Below are positions 9,244 to 18,251 of a DNA stretch of 64,000 nt, in pieces (the first letter of the stretch is position 1; each line of letters begins with the position of its first letter). Location: contig JAQTMH010000002.1 of NCBI GenBank assembly GCA_028714495.1, positions 7,219 through 71,218 of the forward strand. Reading direction: 5' to 3'. Position numbers and translations under genes: made by a program. Origin of the DNA: Patescibacteria group bacterium (lineage in GTDB: Bacteria > Patescibacteriota > Patescibacteriia > JAHIZJ01). The notes under the pieces were generated by a model, which was not told where the DNA came from, searched no databases, and saw only the letters and a list, made by a program, of their open reading frames with translations.

Positions 9244-11987
9244 TTTTTAAACTTCTTGCCGGAGCCACAAGGGCAGGGGTCGTTGCGGCCGATTTTTGAG
9301 CCGTCTTTGAGTCGCAACCTGCCTCCCTTAATTACCGTTCCGTCAATCGGTCCAGGCTTGGTCACGGTAGCGTCTTCTCCCGACGACACTTCATTATTTT
9401 TCTCAACCGGCGCCTGGGTCTGAATTTGCTGGAATTGTCCCCGGCCCTCCTGCATGGTCTTTGACGGGCCTGATTCGACTACTGGCCGCTGTTTTAAATC
9501 TTCCGGAGCCGCGTCCTTGGCTAGGCCAATCTTATAAATGCTGTAAACGACCTGGCTCTGGACGCTGGCGATCAGGCGCGAGAACATGTCAAAAGCCTCT
9601 TTTTTGTACTCAATCAGGGGGTCGCGCTGGCCATAACCGCGCAGGCCGATTCCCCTGCGCAAATAGTCGATCTCCTCGAGATGCTCCATCCAAAGAACAT
9701 CAATCGCCCGGAGCATGATCGCTCCTTCAATCTGATGCATGAGTTCGGGGTTATTGATTTTCTTCAACAACTGGTCATAGGCCTGATGAGCCAGCTCAGC
9801 GCAATAATTGTTCAGCTCGGTGCGAAGCTGGGCGACTTGCAACTTATTGCCCATGGCTGAAACCATCTGCTGCATTTTTTGCGGAACTTCGGAAGAAACG
9901 GGGAAGATTGTTGCCAGAACTTCGCATATTTCTTTAATATTCCAGTTCTCCCCTTTTTCATCCGAGGTATGGAAAAGAATTACCTGTTCAATCTCGTTTC
10001 CGACCATTTCCAGGATTTTTTCCCGAAGCTGCCCCTCATGTTCAGCCGCGTCCAAAATATCATTACGCTTTCGGTAAATTACTTCGCGATGCTTGTTAAT
10101 CACGTCATCGTATTCGACCAAGCGCTTTCGAATATCGAAATTGTAACCCTCAACCTTCCGCTGGGCCGACTCGATTGATTTTGAAATCATCCGGTTTTCA
10201 ATCGGCATGTCGTCCGGCACGCCCAGGCGCTCCATTATTTTCTTCAAACGCTCCGAGCCGAAAATCCTCATTAAATCATCGTCCAGCGAAACGTAAAAAC
10301 GCGACGCCCCGGGATCGCCCTGACGGCCAGACCGGCCGCGCAATTGATTGTCTATGCGACGGGCTTCGTGCCGCTCCGTGCCGATGACATAGAGTCCGCC
10401 CTCCTCAATCACTTTTTTGGCGTCGGCTTCGTCAAACGGCGTTCCGCCGAGCTTAATGTCCACGCCGCGGCCAGCCATGTTCGTAGCAATCGTAACCGCT
10501 CCGGGCTGGCCAGCCTGGGATATAATATTGGCCTCTTTTTCATGCTGCTTGGCGTTTAATATCTGGTGCGGGATTCCCTCGCGCTCCAGCGCTTCGCTCA
10601 AGCGCTCGTTTTTTTCTATGGAAATCGTGCCGACTAATACCGGCCGGCCCTTTTCGTGATTGCGCCTGATGTCTTCGATCACCGCTTGGAATTTGGCGGC
10701 CTCGGTTTTATATATATAATCACTGTTGTCTTTGCGAATCATCGGCTTGTGGGTCGGGATGATAACCACATCGAGACTGTAAATTTTCGAGAATTCCTCG
10801 GCCTCGGTCGCGGCCGTACCAGTCATGCCGGCTAATTTACTGTATATTCGAAAAAGGTTCTGGAAGGTGATCGTAGCCATGGTCCGGCTTTCCTGCCTGA
10901 TCGTTACTCCCTCCTTCGCCTCAATCGCCTGATGGAGTCCTTCGGAATACCGCCGGCCCGGCATCATTCGGCCGGTAAATTCATCAACGATAATCACCTC
11001 GCCCTCGCGCACCACGTAATCCTTGTCGCGTTTGTACAGGGCATAGGCCCGGAGCGCCTGTTCGATATGATGGACGTATTCTATGCCGCCGGTTACGTAG
11101 ATATTGCCGACTCCCAGCCACTTTTCCATTTTTTCAATGCCCGCTTCAGTTAAAGTGGCGGTCCGCATTTTTTCGTCAATGTTGTAATCTTCATTTTCCT
11201 TGAGCCGCGGGATCAGCTGGGCGAATTTGTAATACAGCTCATTTGACTCTTCGGCCGGGGAAGAGATAATCAAGGGCGTCCGGGCTTCGTCTATTAATAT
11301 GCTGTCCACCTCGTCAACGATGGCGTAATTGAGTTCGCGCTGGACCTTCTGCCTTTTGGAACTCACCATGTTGTCGCGCAAATAGTCAAAGCCAAATTCG
11401 TTGTTAGTGCCATAGGTAATATCAGCCAGGTAGGCTTCGGCGCGGCTGACCGGCCGCAGATACTTCATCGACTCTTCCCCTTCGGTATATTCGGGATCAA
11501 AAAGAAAAGCGGTTTCGTGCTGGATGCAGCCGATTGACAAGCCAAGTTTGTAATAAATCGGGCCCATCCAAACCGTATCGCGCCTGGCTAAATAATCATT
11601 TACGGTAATCAAATGCGCGCCTTTACCCGCGAGAGCGTTCAAAAAAAGCGGCAAGGTGGCGACCAGGGTTTTTCCTTCACCCGTCCGCATCTCCGTAATT
11701 TTGCCACGATGCAACACGATACCGCCCAATATTTGAACATCAAAAGGCCTCATGCTGACAAACCTTTTAGCTGATTCGCGCGCCAACGCAAAAGCCTCTG
11801 GCATTATATCGTCCAGAGACTTCCCCTGCTTCAATTGTTGCTTTAGCTCCTCGGTTTTTCTCCTTAGTCCCTCGTCATTCAAGCGTTTTATGCCAGGCTC
11901 AAAGGCATTGACTTTTAGAACCTCCTGCTCGAATTTAGCTACGATTCGCTTATTCGCGTCGCCGAAAAGCTTAGAAAGAAACGGCAT
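9228..11987 (-). CDS. secA: Preprotein translocase subunit SecA
   Basis: MRTGEGKT, DEVDSILIDEARTPLIIS, TNMAGRG, SEC-C tail GRNDPCPCGSGKKFKKC. Confidence 0.99.
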   Translation of the reverse strand: MPFLSKLFGDANKRIVAKFEQEVLKVNAFEPGIKRLNDEGLRRKTEELKQQLKQGKSLDDIMPEAFALARESAKRFVSMRPFDVQILGGIVLHRGKITEMRTGEGKTLVATLPLFLNALAGKGAHLITVNDYLARRDTVWMGPIYYKLGLSIGCIQHETAFLFDPEYTEGEESMKYLRPVSRAEAYLADITYGTNNEFGFDYLRDNMVSSKRQKVQRELNYAIVDEVDSILIDEARTPLIISSPAEESNELYYKFAQLIPRLKENEDYNIDEKMRTATLTEAGIEKMEKWLGVGNIYVTGGIEYVHHIEQALRAYALYKRDKDYVVREGEVIIVDEFTGRMMPGRRYSEGLHQAIEAKEGVTIRQESRTMATITFQNLFRIYSKLAGMTGTAATEAEEFSKIYSLDVVIIPTHKPMIRKDNSDYIYKTEAAKFQAVIEDIRRNHEKGRPVLVGTISIEKNERLSEALEREGIPHQILNAKQHEKEANIISQAGQPGAVTIATNMAGRGVDIKLGGTPFDEADAKKVIEEGGLYVIGTERHEARRIDNQLRGRSGRQGDPGASRFYVSLDDDLMRIFGSERLKKIMERLGVPDDMPIENRMISKSIESAQRKVEGYNFDIRKRLVEYDDVINKHREVIYRKRNDILDAAEHEGQLREKILEMVGNEIEQVILFHTSDEKGENWNIKEICEVLATIFPVSSEVPQKMQQMVSAMGNKLQVAQLRTELNNYCAELAHQAYDQLLKKINNPELMHQIEGAIMLRAIDVLWMEHLEEIDYLRRGIGLRGYGQRDPLIEYKKEAFDMFSRLIASVQSQVVYSIYKIGLAKDAAPEDLKQRPVVESGPSKTMQEGRGQFQQIQTQAPVEKNNEVSSGEDATVTKPGPIDGTVIKGGRLRLKDGSKIGRNDPCPCGSGKKFKKCHGK

Positions 11988-12396
11988 AATTGCGTTTTAC
12001 TAGTTTAATGAACCCGTCCGCCGTATCAGCGTCCAAAGACAGTCGCTCCATGGGGCATAAATCCCGAAGATTCTTATCCAATATTCGGTCAACTTTTTTA
12101 AGGTAATTGACAGGTATCCGGCTGGACCTCAGAATTTCTATGGCGGGCCGGCTGATAATCGGAGTATTAACCTTACGAAATTTGACTGAAATAATCAAGA
12201 AGGCCGCCGCCCGGCCGACGACTTTATCGTAGATTTCCGCGCCAGCCACCTCTTCTTTTGACAATTGATGAATTGCCTGCCATAACGGACTTATTCCGCC
12301 CATATTTGAACGGAATAAGACTTTGTTTCTCTGGGTAATAACAATTGACCAGGGTCCGGCATTAAACCGTTCCAGGTCAGATTTAGTTTTGGTCAT
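11971..12396 (-). CDS. DUF1893 family protein
   Basis: GISPL...DKVVGRAAA...IS..A...CPME. Confidence 0.85.
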   Translation of the reverse strand: MTKTKSDLERFNAGPWSIVITQRNKVLFRSNMGGISPLWQAIHQLSKEEVAGAEIYDKVVGRAAAFLIISVKFRKVNTPIISRPAIEILRSSRIPVNYLKKVDRILDKNLRDLCPMERLSLDADTADGFIKLVKRNYAVSF

Positions 12397-12941
12397 TTAT
12401 TATCCTTTTCCAGATAATGAAACAGCCATTTAACCAGTATGACGACTAGAGCGAATTGGATCAATATTCCAGGCCAGCCGACCTTTACCACGTTGACAAT
12501 GATATCCATGAATCCGATTTTTGAGCCGAGAAACAGCGCGGCCACAGCCAGAGCTAACCGACCGATCACCATCGCGCCAATTAATGAAACCCAGGTATTC
12601 ATCTTCAATGGACCTCTTAATACCCCCGCTGATAAACCGTAGGCGGCGATTTCGACTGTAATTTGGGGCAGTACCGGAAGCAGGGGCATGCCCGAAACTA
12701 AATAACTGACCAGGGGCGTAATAATCCCGACAGCCAGACCGACTCGCCAGCCGGCTAACAAGGCAGCCACTAACACAAAAAAGTGCATGGGCAGATAGAC
12801 CGAGCCGGCCAGATTGAATTGATGGGCTACCCAGGGCAATCCGACTGACAAGGCCGTGAAAATAGTTGAGAATAAGGCCCATTTAAGCGTGGATAGTTTT
12901 ACGGTTGTTCTGGAATAGATTTGGGCAGGCGAATTAAACAT
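12393..12941 (-). CDS. ECF transporter S component
   Basis: LPMHFFVL...G..VGIITPLVS..VSGMP...E..YG; about 6 TM helices. Confidence 0.88.
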   Translation of the reverse strand: MFNSPAQIYSRTTVKLSTLKWALFSTIFTALSVGLPWVAHQFNLAGSVYLPMHFFVLVAALLAGWRVGLAVGIITPLVSYLVSGMPLLPVLPQITVEIAAYGLSAGVLRGPLKMNTWVSLIGAMVIGRLALAVAALFLGSKIGFMDIIVNVVKVGWPGILIQFALVVILVKWLFHYLEKDNK

Positions 12942-12951
12942 ATATTTTCTC

Positions 12952-13836
12952 CTATTTATTACGCAGTAGATTTATTATTATATGATAGGTTAATTTTGCC
13001 GCTAAAAAATTCGGGGCGTCGAGACCGGGAATCGGCTTTAATTCCACGACATCAGCGCCGACTAGATTGACCTTGGCCGCGACTTTATTGATAATCTCCA
13101 AAACCTGATACCAGCCCAAGCCGCCTGGTTCGGGCGTGCCAACTGACGGCATAATCGACGGATCCAGGCAATCAAGGTCAAAGGTTAAATAAACGTTTTT
13201 GGTTAATCCTTTTAAAATCTTTTCAAGTGGCGGAATCTCCGGCGCAAAATAGATATTCTTTAATTTCTTCGCCTTGATATATTCCCGCACCTCTGGATTC
13301 ATGTTCCGAATGCCGATCGAGACAAAAGGTATTTTCAACTCACTGATCCGCCGCATAGTACAGGCATGGGAATATTTTGTTCCATCAAGCGAATTCATCA
13401 AATCAGTATGGGCGTCTAAGTGGAGAATTGAGATATCTCTGTATTTCTTCCTGAGCGCCCTGACCGCGCCGATGGTAATCGTATGCTCGCCACCAAGCAT
13501 TAATGGAATTTTATTGTGCCTGATTACTTCATTATTAACCGCCTGTTCAATTCCTGCTATCGCTTCCAGCGCTGAATTTTTCGAAACATTCACTTCATCT
13601 AGCGTAAATATATCAGTCGCGTGTAAACCTATGACTTCCCCGGTTTCTTTCGGATCATCCAGCTCGTCCAGTTCCCGCGAACTCTCAATGATCGCCTGCG
13701 GTCCGGCGCTCGTCCCGGTTCCGGATGAAACGGTTGCTTCATAGGGAATGGGTAAAACAACGACTTTAGCGGCGCTGAAATCCTGCCTTTTAATCGTGCC
13801 GAAATTAAACGGCCAAAGATCGTAAAGTTTTTTCAT
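12952..13836 (-). CDS. speB: Agmatinase (ureohydrolase)
   Basis: GGEH, DAHTD, SHAC, TFDLDCLDPS..PSVGTPEPGG, DVVEL. Confidence 0.93.
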   Translation of the reverse strand: MKKLYDLWPFNFGTIKRQDFSAAKVVVLPIPYEATVSSGTGTSAGPQAIIESSRELDELDDPKETGEVIGLHATDIFTLDEVNVSKNSALEAIAGIEQAVNNEVIRHNKIPLMLGGEHTITIGAVRALRKKYRDISILHLDAHTDLMNSLDGTKYSHACTMRRISELKIPFVSIGIRNMNPEVREYIKAKKLKNIYFAPEIPPLEKILKGLTKNVYLTFDLDCLDPSIMPSVGTPEPGGLGWYQVLEIINKVAAKVNLVGADVVELKPIPGLDAPNFLAAKLTYHIIINLLRNK

Positions 13837-14947
13837 TATCAAAATTCTTCTTAATCTTCTTTTTAGCCTTATCTAATCTTTCAATCGCGCCCTTAATCAA
13901 TAGCGGCCAGACCATGGTGGCGTCGCTTAAAACCTCCGCTTGCTGGCCACCGTTTTTTTGGTCAACAAACTTCCCCCATGATACTCCCTCGGAATAGGTA
14001 CAACCGGATAAACCGCCCCAATTAACCGGCTCGGGACAAATTCTTACTCCGTATTTGTATGGTTTCCAATAAGGACTCTTTTCATCAAAATATTTTTCCT
14101 TTTTTGATTTATCCACGATACGGTAGCGTATCAAATCCAGATACGGCGCGACTTGCTGAGCCCAATTGCGCGGCACGCCTCCGCCGATGGTAAAAATCCC
14201 GGTAGTTTTTTGGCGGAAAATCAATTCGGTAAAGTGCTCCAGGTCGGCGAAAGGATTGTAATTAAGCGGTTTTTTATTGGCTAGTTTTCGCCTTCTGTTA
14301 TAAAGAGCGAAATCGAGACCCAGCTCTGAATCAGTAAGCGCCGGGATATAAACCGGGATGTTGTTCTCAAAAGCGCTTTTTAATATGCCCCGTCCCTGAC
14401 TTTGCTTATGTAGATATTCACCAATACTCTGAGACAATAGGCGCGAGCAAATCGTATCCTCAGGAGTGAATTCCACGAATACTTTGTCCACAATTTCATT
14501 AAGGTCGTCTAGGTTTTTCTCGACCTCCAAAGTGTCGTAAACCCGATCAAAACCCTCCTTGTATAATACCTTATCCGACACGTCAAAATCATACTTGAAG
14601 TGAGTCATGCCGGTATTTTCGACCAGTCCGTGGGTAATTAGCGCTCCAGTAGAAACAATCGCCTGAACCATTCCTCTTTCGATCATCTCACAGATAATCA
14701 AGCCCATCTTGGCCACCGTCATGGCTCCAGATAAAGTCATAACCACGAAACAGTCCGGATCGGTAACCATATTATAAAATACGTCAGCCGCCTCGCCCAG
14801 TTTCCTCCCGCCAAAGGACGTCTTCGACATAGCCTGAAGCAACTCATCGGCATTATGAATCTTATTTAAATCCAACGATTCAACCGGCGTGAAATTAAGG
14901 TGCTTTGCTGAATTTGCCCCTCCAGGCGATTGTGCGCGTTTCCTCAT
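13805..14947 (-). CDS. Deoxyhypusine synthase-like protein (DHS/SpeY, possible homospermidine synthesis)
   Basis: IGGGVPRNW, GGLSGCTYSEGVSWGK with the catalytic Lys, DATMVWPL; start probably ATG 14947. Confidence 0.9.
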   Translation of the reverse strand: MRKRAQSPGGANSAKHLNFTPVESLDLNKIHNADELLQAMSKTSFGGRKLGEAADVFYNMVTDPDCFVVMTLSGAMTVAKMGLIICEMIERGMVQAIVSTGALITHGLVENTGMTHFKYDFDVSDKVLYKEGFDRVYDTLEVEKNLDDLNEIVDKVFVEFTPEDTICSRLLSQSIGEYLHKQSQGRGILKSAFENNIPVYIPALTDSELGLDFALYNRRRKLANKKPLNYNPFADLEHFTELIFRQKTTGIFTIGGGVPRNWAQQVAPYLDLIRYRIVDKSKKEKYFDEKSPYWKPYKYGVRICPEPVNWGGLSGCTYSEGVSWGKFVDQKNGGQQAEVLSDATMVWPLLIKGAIERLDKAKKKIKKNFDNEKTLRSLAV

Positions 14948-14954
14948 AGTTTTA

Positions 14955-16481
14955 TTACCAACCAAATAATTTTGTTATATCATCTGGTGTTTGCCGCCTG
15001 ACCGCCACTTTTATTTCTCCATTCCGGGCCACGATTTTTGCCGGCGAGGACAGCAGGCAGTGGTTACAGGCTAATGAATCCTGATAAGCGCCAGTGCTTA
15101 GAAAGGCGATGTATTGAGCTTCACCTTCGGGCAGGTATTCCAAATTTGGCAATAATACGTAAGTTCCATTGGCCGTATATTTATCATCCGAGTCGCAGCT
15201 CGATCCGGCCACCCAGCTTCGGATTAACTTCCTTCCCGAATAATTCAAATGGTTTACCGGTACGACGTGCCACCTCTGATGAATCGTCCAAGTGTCCGGT
15301 AAATCATTCATGAAACTGCCGTTGATCACCTGCCATTTTTTGGCATTGCCATGGATAATTTTTTTTTCGCCGATAACCTTATAAATGGTCACCTGGGCGG
15401 GCGACACCATGAATCTGCCCCATTCACAGACAATATTGGGATGAGGGATGTCGTATTTATCAGCCTTAGATTGGAGAAAGCGGATTATCTTTCTGGCTAG
15501 GCCTTCAAAGCCGTAACGCTTTTGCAAGTCATAAGGAATCGGCATGCCTCCGCCGATATCAATCGTATCAAGCGAGGGATTGTGCTTTTTCAGCTCGGCG
15601 TATATCTTAAAACATTTTTTCAAAGGGGTCATCAGATCGTGCATATGCTCGACTTGCGAACCCACGTGATAGTGAATCAGGCAAAGGTTTCTTATTTTTT
15701 TCATTTTCAATACTTCATCAGTGGTCAAACCATAACGGTTTATCTTTTTATCCCAGTGCGAGGTAACCTTCACATCTAAATCAACCCGGACGCCGAGCTC
15801 CCCTTTATACTTCGAAAAAAATTCCAGTTCGTTGGTATCTTCGATAACCGGTATTATCTTTAAATTTTTGCCTTGCAGCTCTTCGATTAATTCCAGATAT
15901 TCGCGGGTCTTTGGTCCGTTGCAAATAACTCTAATGCTCGGCAAAAAGCTGTTTTGTTCCCAGAGTTTTTTTACCAGGTACAGTTCATTATAGGAAGCCG
16001 TCTCTAGATTCGCGCCCTCGGAAACCATCGATAGGATCACTTCCTTGTTCTGGTTCACTTTCATCGGGTAGTGATAGAAAAATTTTCCGTGGTAACGATG
16101 GTATTTTATTAACAGATTAAAAAGGTCAATTAAATTTTGCAGACGATCTTTTACGATAAACGGAAAAAATATCTCAACCGGCGTTCCATATTTTTCGACG
16201 ATATCCTTTACTGTGTATTGATAATTCCCTTCCTTGACAACCAGATTGCCGTCACGACTGACGTCAAAATAATCCGTATGAAAATCCTTTTGACCGAGAC
16301 GCCAAAAATTTCTCAGACGCTTGAGCTGAATTTGTTTTATCAGGGTTTCTGTCTCGGCAATTTCTTCGCGGCCGTTCTTCGCTGCGACTGGTGGCTCAGA
16401 CGGTTTATCCGTTTTAATCGGCCGACCATTTTTTTCTGGCGACTTTATCTCAACTTCAGTCGCTATCTTTGTTTGATTAAT
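14955..16481 (-). CDS. speA: Biosynthetic arginine decarboxylase (fold III PLP), probable non-canonical ATT start
   Basis: YPMKVNQ PLP-Lys, HYHVGSQ, DIGGG, CEWGR, CDSDD, GAYQ; frame open 148 codons upstream of ATG 16064 with a SpeA-like N-region; AAAGGAG lies 8 nt before ATT 16481. Confidence 0.8.
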   Translation of the reverse strand: MNQTKIATEVEIKSPEKNGRPIKTDKPSEPPVAAKNGREEIAETETLIKQIQLKRLRNFWRLGQKDFHTDYFDVSRDGNLVVKEGNYQYTVKDIVEKYGTPVEIFFPFIVKDRLQNLIDLFNLLIKYHRYHGKFFYHYPMKVNQNKEVILSMVSEGANLETASYNELYLVKKLWEQNSFLPSIRVICNGPKTREYLELIEELQGKNLKIIPVIEDTNELEFFSKYKGELGVRVDLDVKVTSHWDKKINRYGLTTDEVLKMKKIRNLCLIHYHVGSQVEHMHDLMTPLKKCFKIYAELKKHNPSLDTIDIGGGMPIPYDLQKRYGFEGLARKIIRFLQSKADKYDIPHPNIVCEWGRFMVSPAQVTIYKVIGEKKIIHGNAKKWQVINGSFMNDLPDTWTIHQRWHVVPVNHLNYSGRKLIRSWVAGSSCDSDDKYTANGTYVLLPNLEYLPEGEAQYIAFLSTGAYQDSLACNHCLLSSPAKIVARNGEIKVAVRRQTPDDITKLFGW

Positions 16482-16537
16482 TTCCTTAGCTCCTTTTTTG
16501 GTAAATAATTATTTTAACAACTTTAATAACATTGATT

Positions 16538-16906
16538 CTATTTACTCGCTTGTGGATAACTTTTATCAAAATTTTTATCTGAAGACTTCCTCAATTTTCG
16601 CATCCGACGCGAATATTTTTTTTCTTTGTAACGAATTAGTTGGTTGGCTATTTTTTCATAAGCCAAGTCTATCGCCTCATGCATTTCCGAAGCCTTGATT
16701 CCGGTTTCCAGCGTTTTTTCCGGTAAATATAGCCAAATTTCAACGCGATTGATATCTCCAGATTTTTGATTCCGGTCAAAGTCAAGCTCTACCTTCGCTT
16801 TCAAAATTTCCCGATAATATTTTTCCAGATGAGAAATTTTATCAGTCACGTAACTTTTTAGCGAAGGCGTTAATTTAAAATTTTTTCCTGTTAAAATTAT
16901 TTTCAT
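16538..16906 (-). CDS. raiA: Ribosome hibernation promoting factor (HPF/RaiA)
   Basis: MKIILTGKNFKLTPSLKSYV..KI..LEKY...MHEAIDL...QL.RYKEK. Confidence 0.93.
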   Translation of the reverse strand: MKIILTGKNFKLTPSLKSYVTDKISHLEKYYREILKAKVELDFDRNQKSGDINRVEIWLYLPEKTLETGIKASEMHEAIDLAYEKIANQLIRYKEKKYSRRMRKLRKSSDKNFDKSYPQASK

Positions 16907-16981
16907 ATAATAACTATTTCAACTTCCCTAGTATAAAATTTTATTCCAAAAAAAGCAAGGCCTCAAACTAACCGGCCTTGA

Positions 16982-17449
16982 TCAAATTACGGCTCCGGAT
17001 TTCATTTTATTTATTTTTTTCGGCTTGGTAATATTCGGAGGATGGTTGTATATGGGTTTTACAAATTCTGTTTTACTGATTTTTCCCAGTCGCATCCTAT
17101 CAAAAACATTTTTAATCATGAAATCACCTGTTTTGGCAACGGCATATAACGGCATCTGAAGAGAAAAATGCAACGCGTTGGCTATGGCCACGCTGACTCG
17201 CACTGCCGTGAATGGTCCCGGCCCCTTCACCACGACCAGTCCTGTTAAGTCTCTAAGCTTGATATTCTTGCGATGAAGAAAGCGCTTCAAGGTGACCAGA
17301 AGCTCGTCCCTATTTTGATAATCTGTGGCTGATTTAAACGCGTAATATCTCTGGCCCAAGATTAGCCCAAATTCAACTTTGTCTTGACCCGTAGCATCAA
17401 TTATCAATATTTTATTGCTTCGTTTTTTTGGTCTATTCTCATTTGCCAT
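16982..17449 (-). CDS. tsaB: tRNA threonylcarbamoyladenosine biosynthesis protein TsaB, short form
   Basis: ILIID.T, VVKGPGPFTAVR....ANAL, PIY..PPNIT. Confidence 0.85.
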   Translation of the reverse strand: MANENRPKKRSNKILIIDATGQDKVEFGLILGQRYYAFKSATDYQNRDELLVTLKRFLHRKNIKLRDLTGLVVVKGPGPFTAVRVSVAIANALHFSLQMPLYAVAKTGDFMIKNVFDRMRLGKISKTEFVKPIYNHPPNITKPKKINKMKSGAVI

Positions 17450-17538
17450 AATAACCGGCCTGATAAGCTAAATAAAATTATTCAAGCCTAAGCGGCCCAA
17501 ATTATATTTGCTAATTAATGACTGTGATCGAAATACCT

Positions 17539-18111
17539 TCAGGGCTTTTTAGATTTTCTAAGTTTATCAACGACCACTATTTTTTTATTTTCCAAAACTT
17601 GAAAAAGGAATCTGTCGGTTAACTGCCGCCGGTATTCGAATTCCTTTACAGTCATAATCGTGTAATTGATGTCGTGGTCAAAATATTCCTGAAATTTTTT
17701 CATCAGCCGACTGAGTTTTTGGCGATTTACCTGGCCCACGAGCAAGAGATCGGTGGCAATATCTTTCCGGCCGACAAATTGTCCGGTTAAAACTAAAAAG
17801 CTGATTTTGCCTAATTGACTGATCGCCCGCGTAAAATTTTTCTCCAGCATGACCTGGGCCTTCAGCATCAATGATTTAAGCTCGGGATAGAGCGGGAAAT
17901 CTTTTTTTAAAGTGTAATATTTCTTGCGCTTACTTTCACGCGTTTCAACTATCCCCATTTCTTCAAGGTTGTTTAGTTCCTGGCGGACGCTGTTGATGCG
18001 CTGGTTTATTTTTCGCGTAAGTTCACGGACAAAATATGGTTGATCGGGATTAGAAAAAAATAGTCTAAATAGCTTTACCCGCGTTACTGAACCAAATAAT
18101 TGTTCAAGCAT
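17539..18111 (-). CDS. Winged-helix protein with a degenerate nucleotidyltransferase-like C-domain
   Basis: LFGS.TRVKL...F.NP...YFVRELTR...INSVRQELNNL; DLLLVG. Confidence 0.75.
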   Translation of the reverse strand: MLEQLFGSVTRVKLFRLFFSNPDQPYFVRELTRKINQRINSVRQELNNLEEMGIVETRESKRKKYYTLKKDFPLYPELKSLMLKAQVMLEKNFTRAISQLGKISFLVLTGQFVGRKDIATDLLLVGQVNRQKLSRLMKKFQEYFDHDINYTIMTVKEFEYRRQLTDRFLFQVLENKKIVVVDKLRKSKKP

Positions 18112-18251
18112 TTTATTCTAAACTATTATATTAATTTACACAGTCAGTATAGGCCATTGTTGCCTGGCTGTAAAGAAAATATATTATCCTTGCCTTTATC
18201 CAAAATATATTGTATAAATATAGAAGAAGTTGCATCATTCCACCCTATTTT

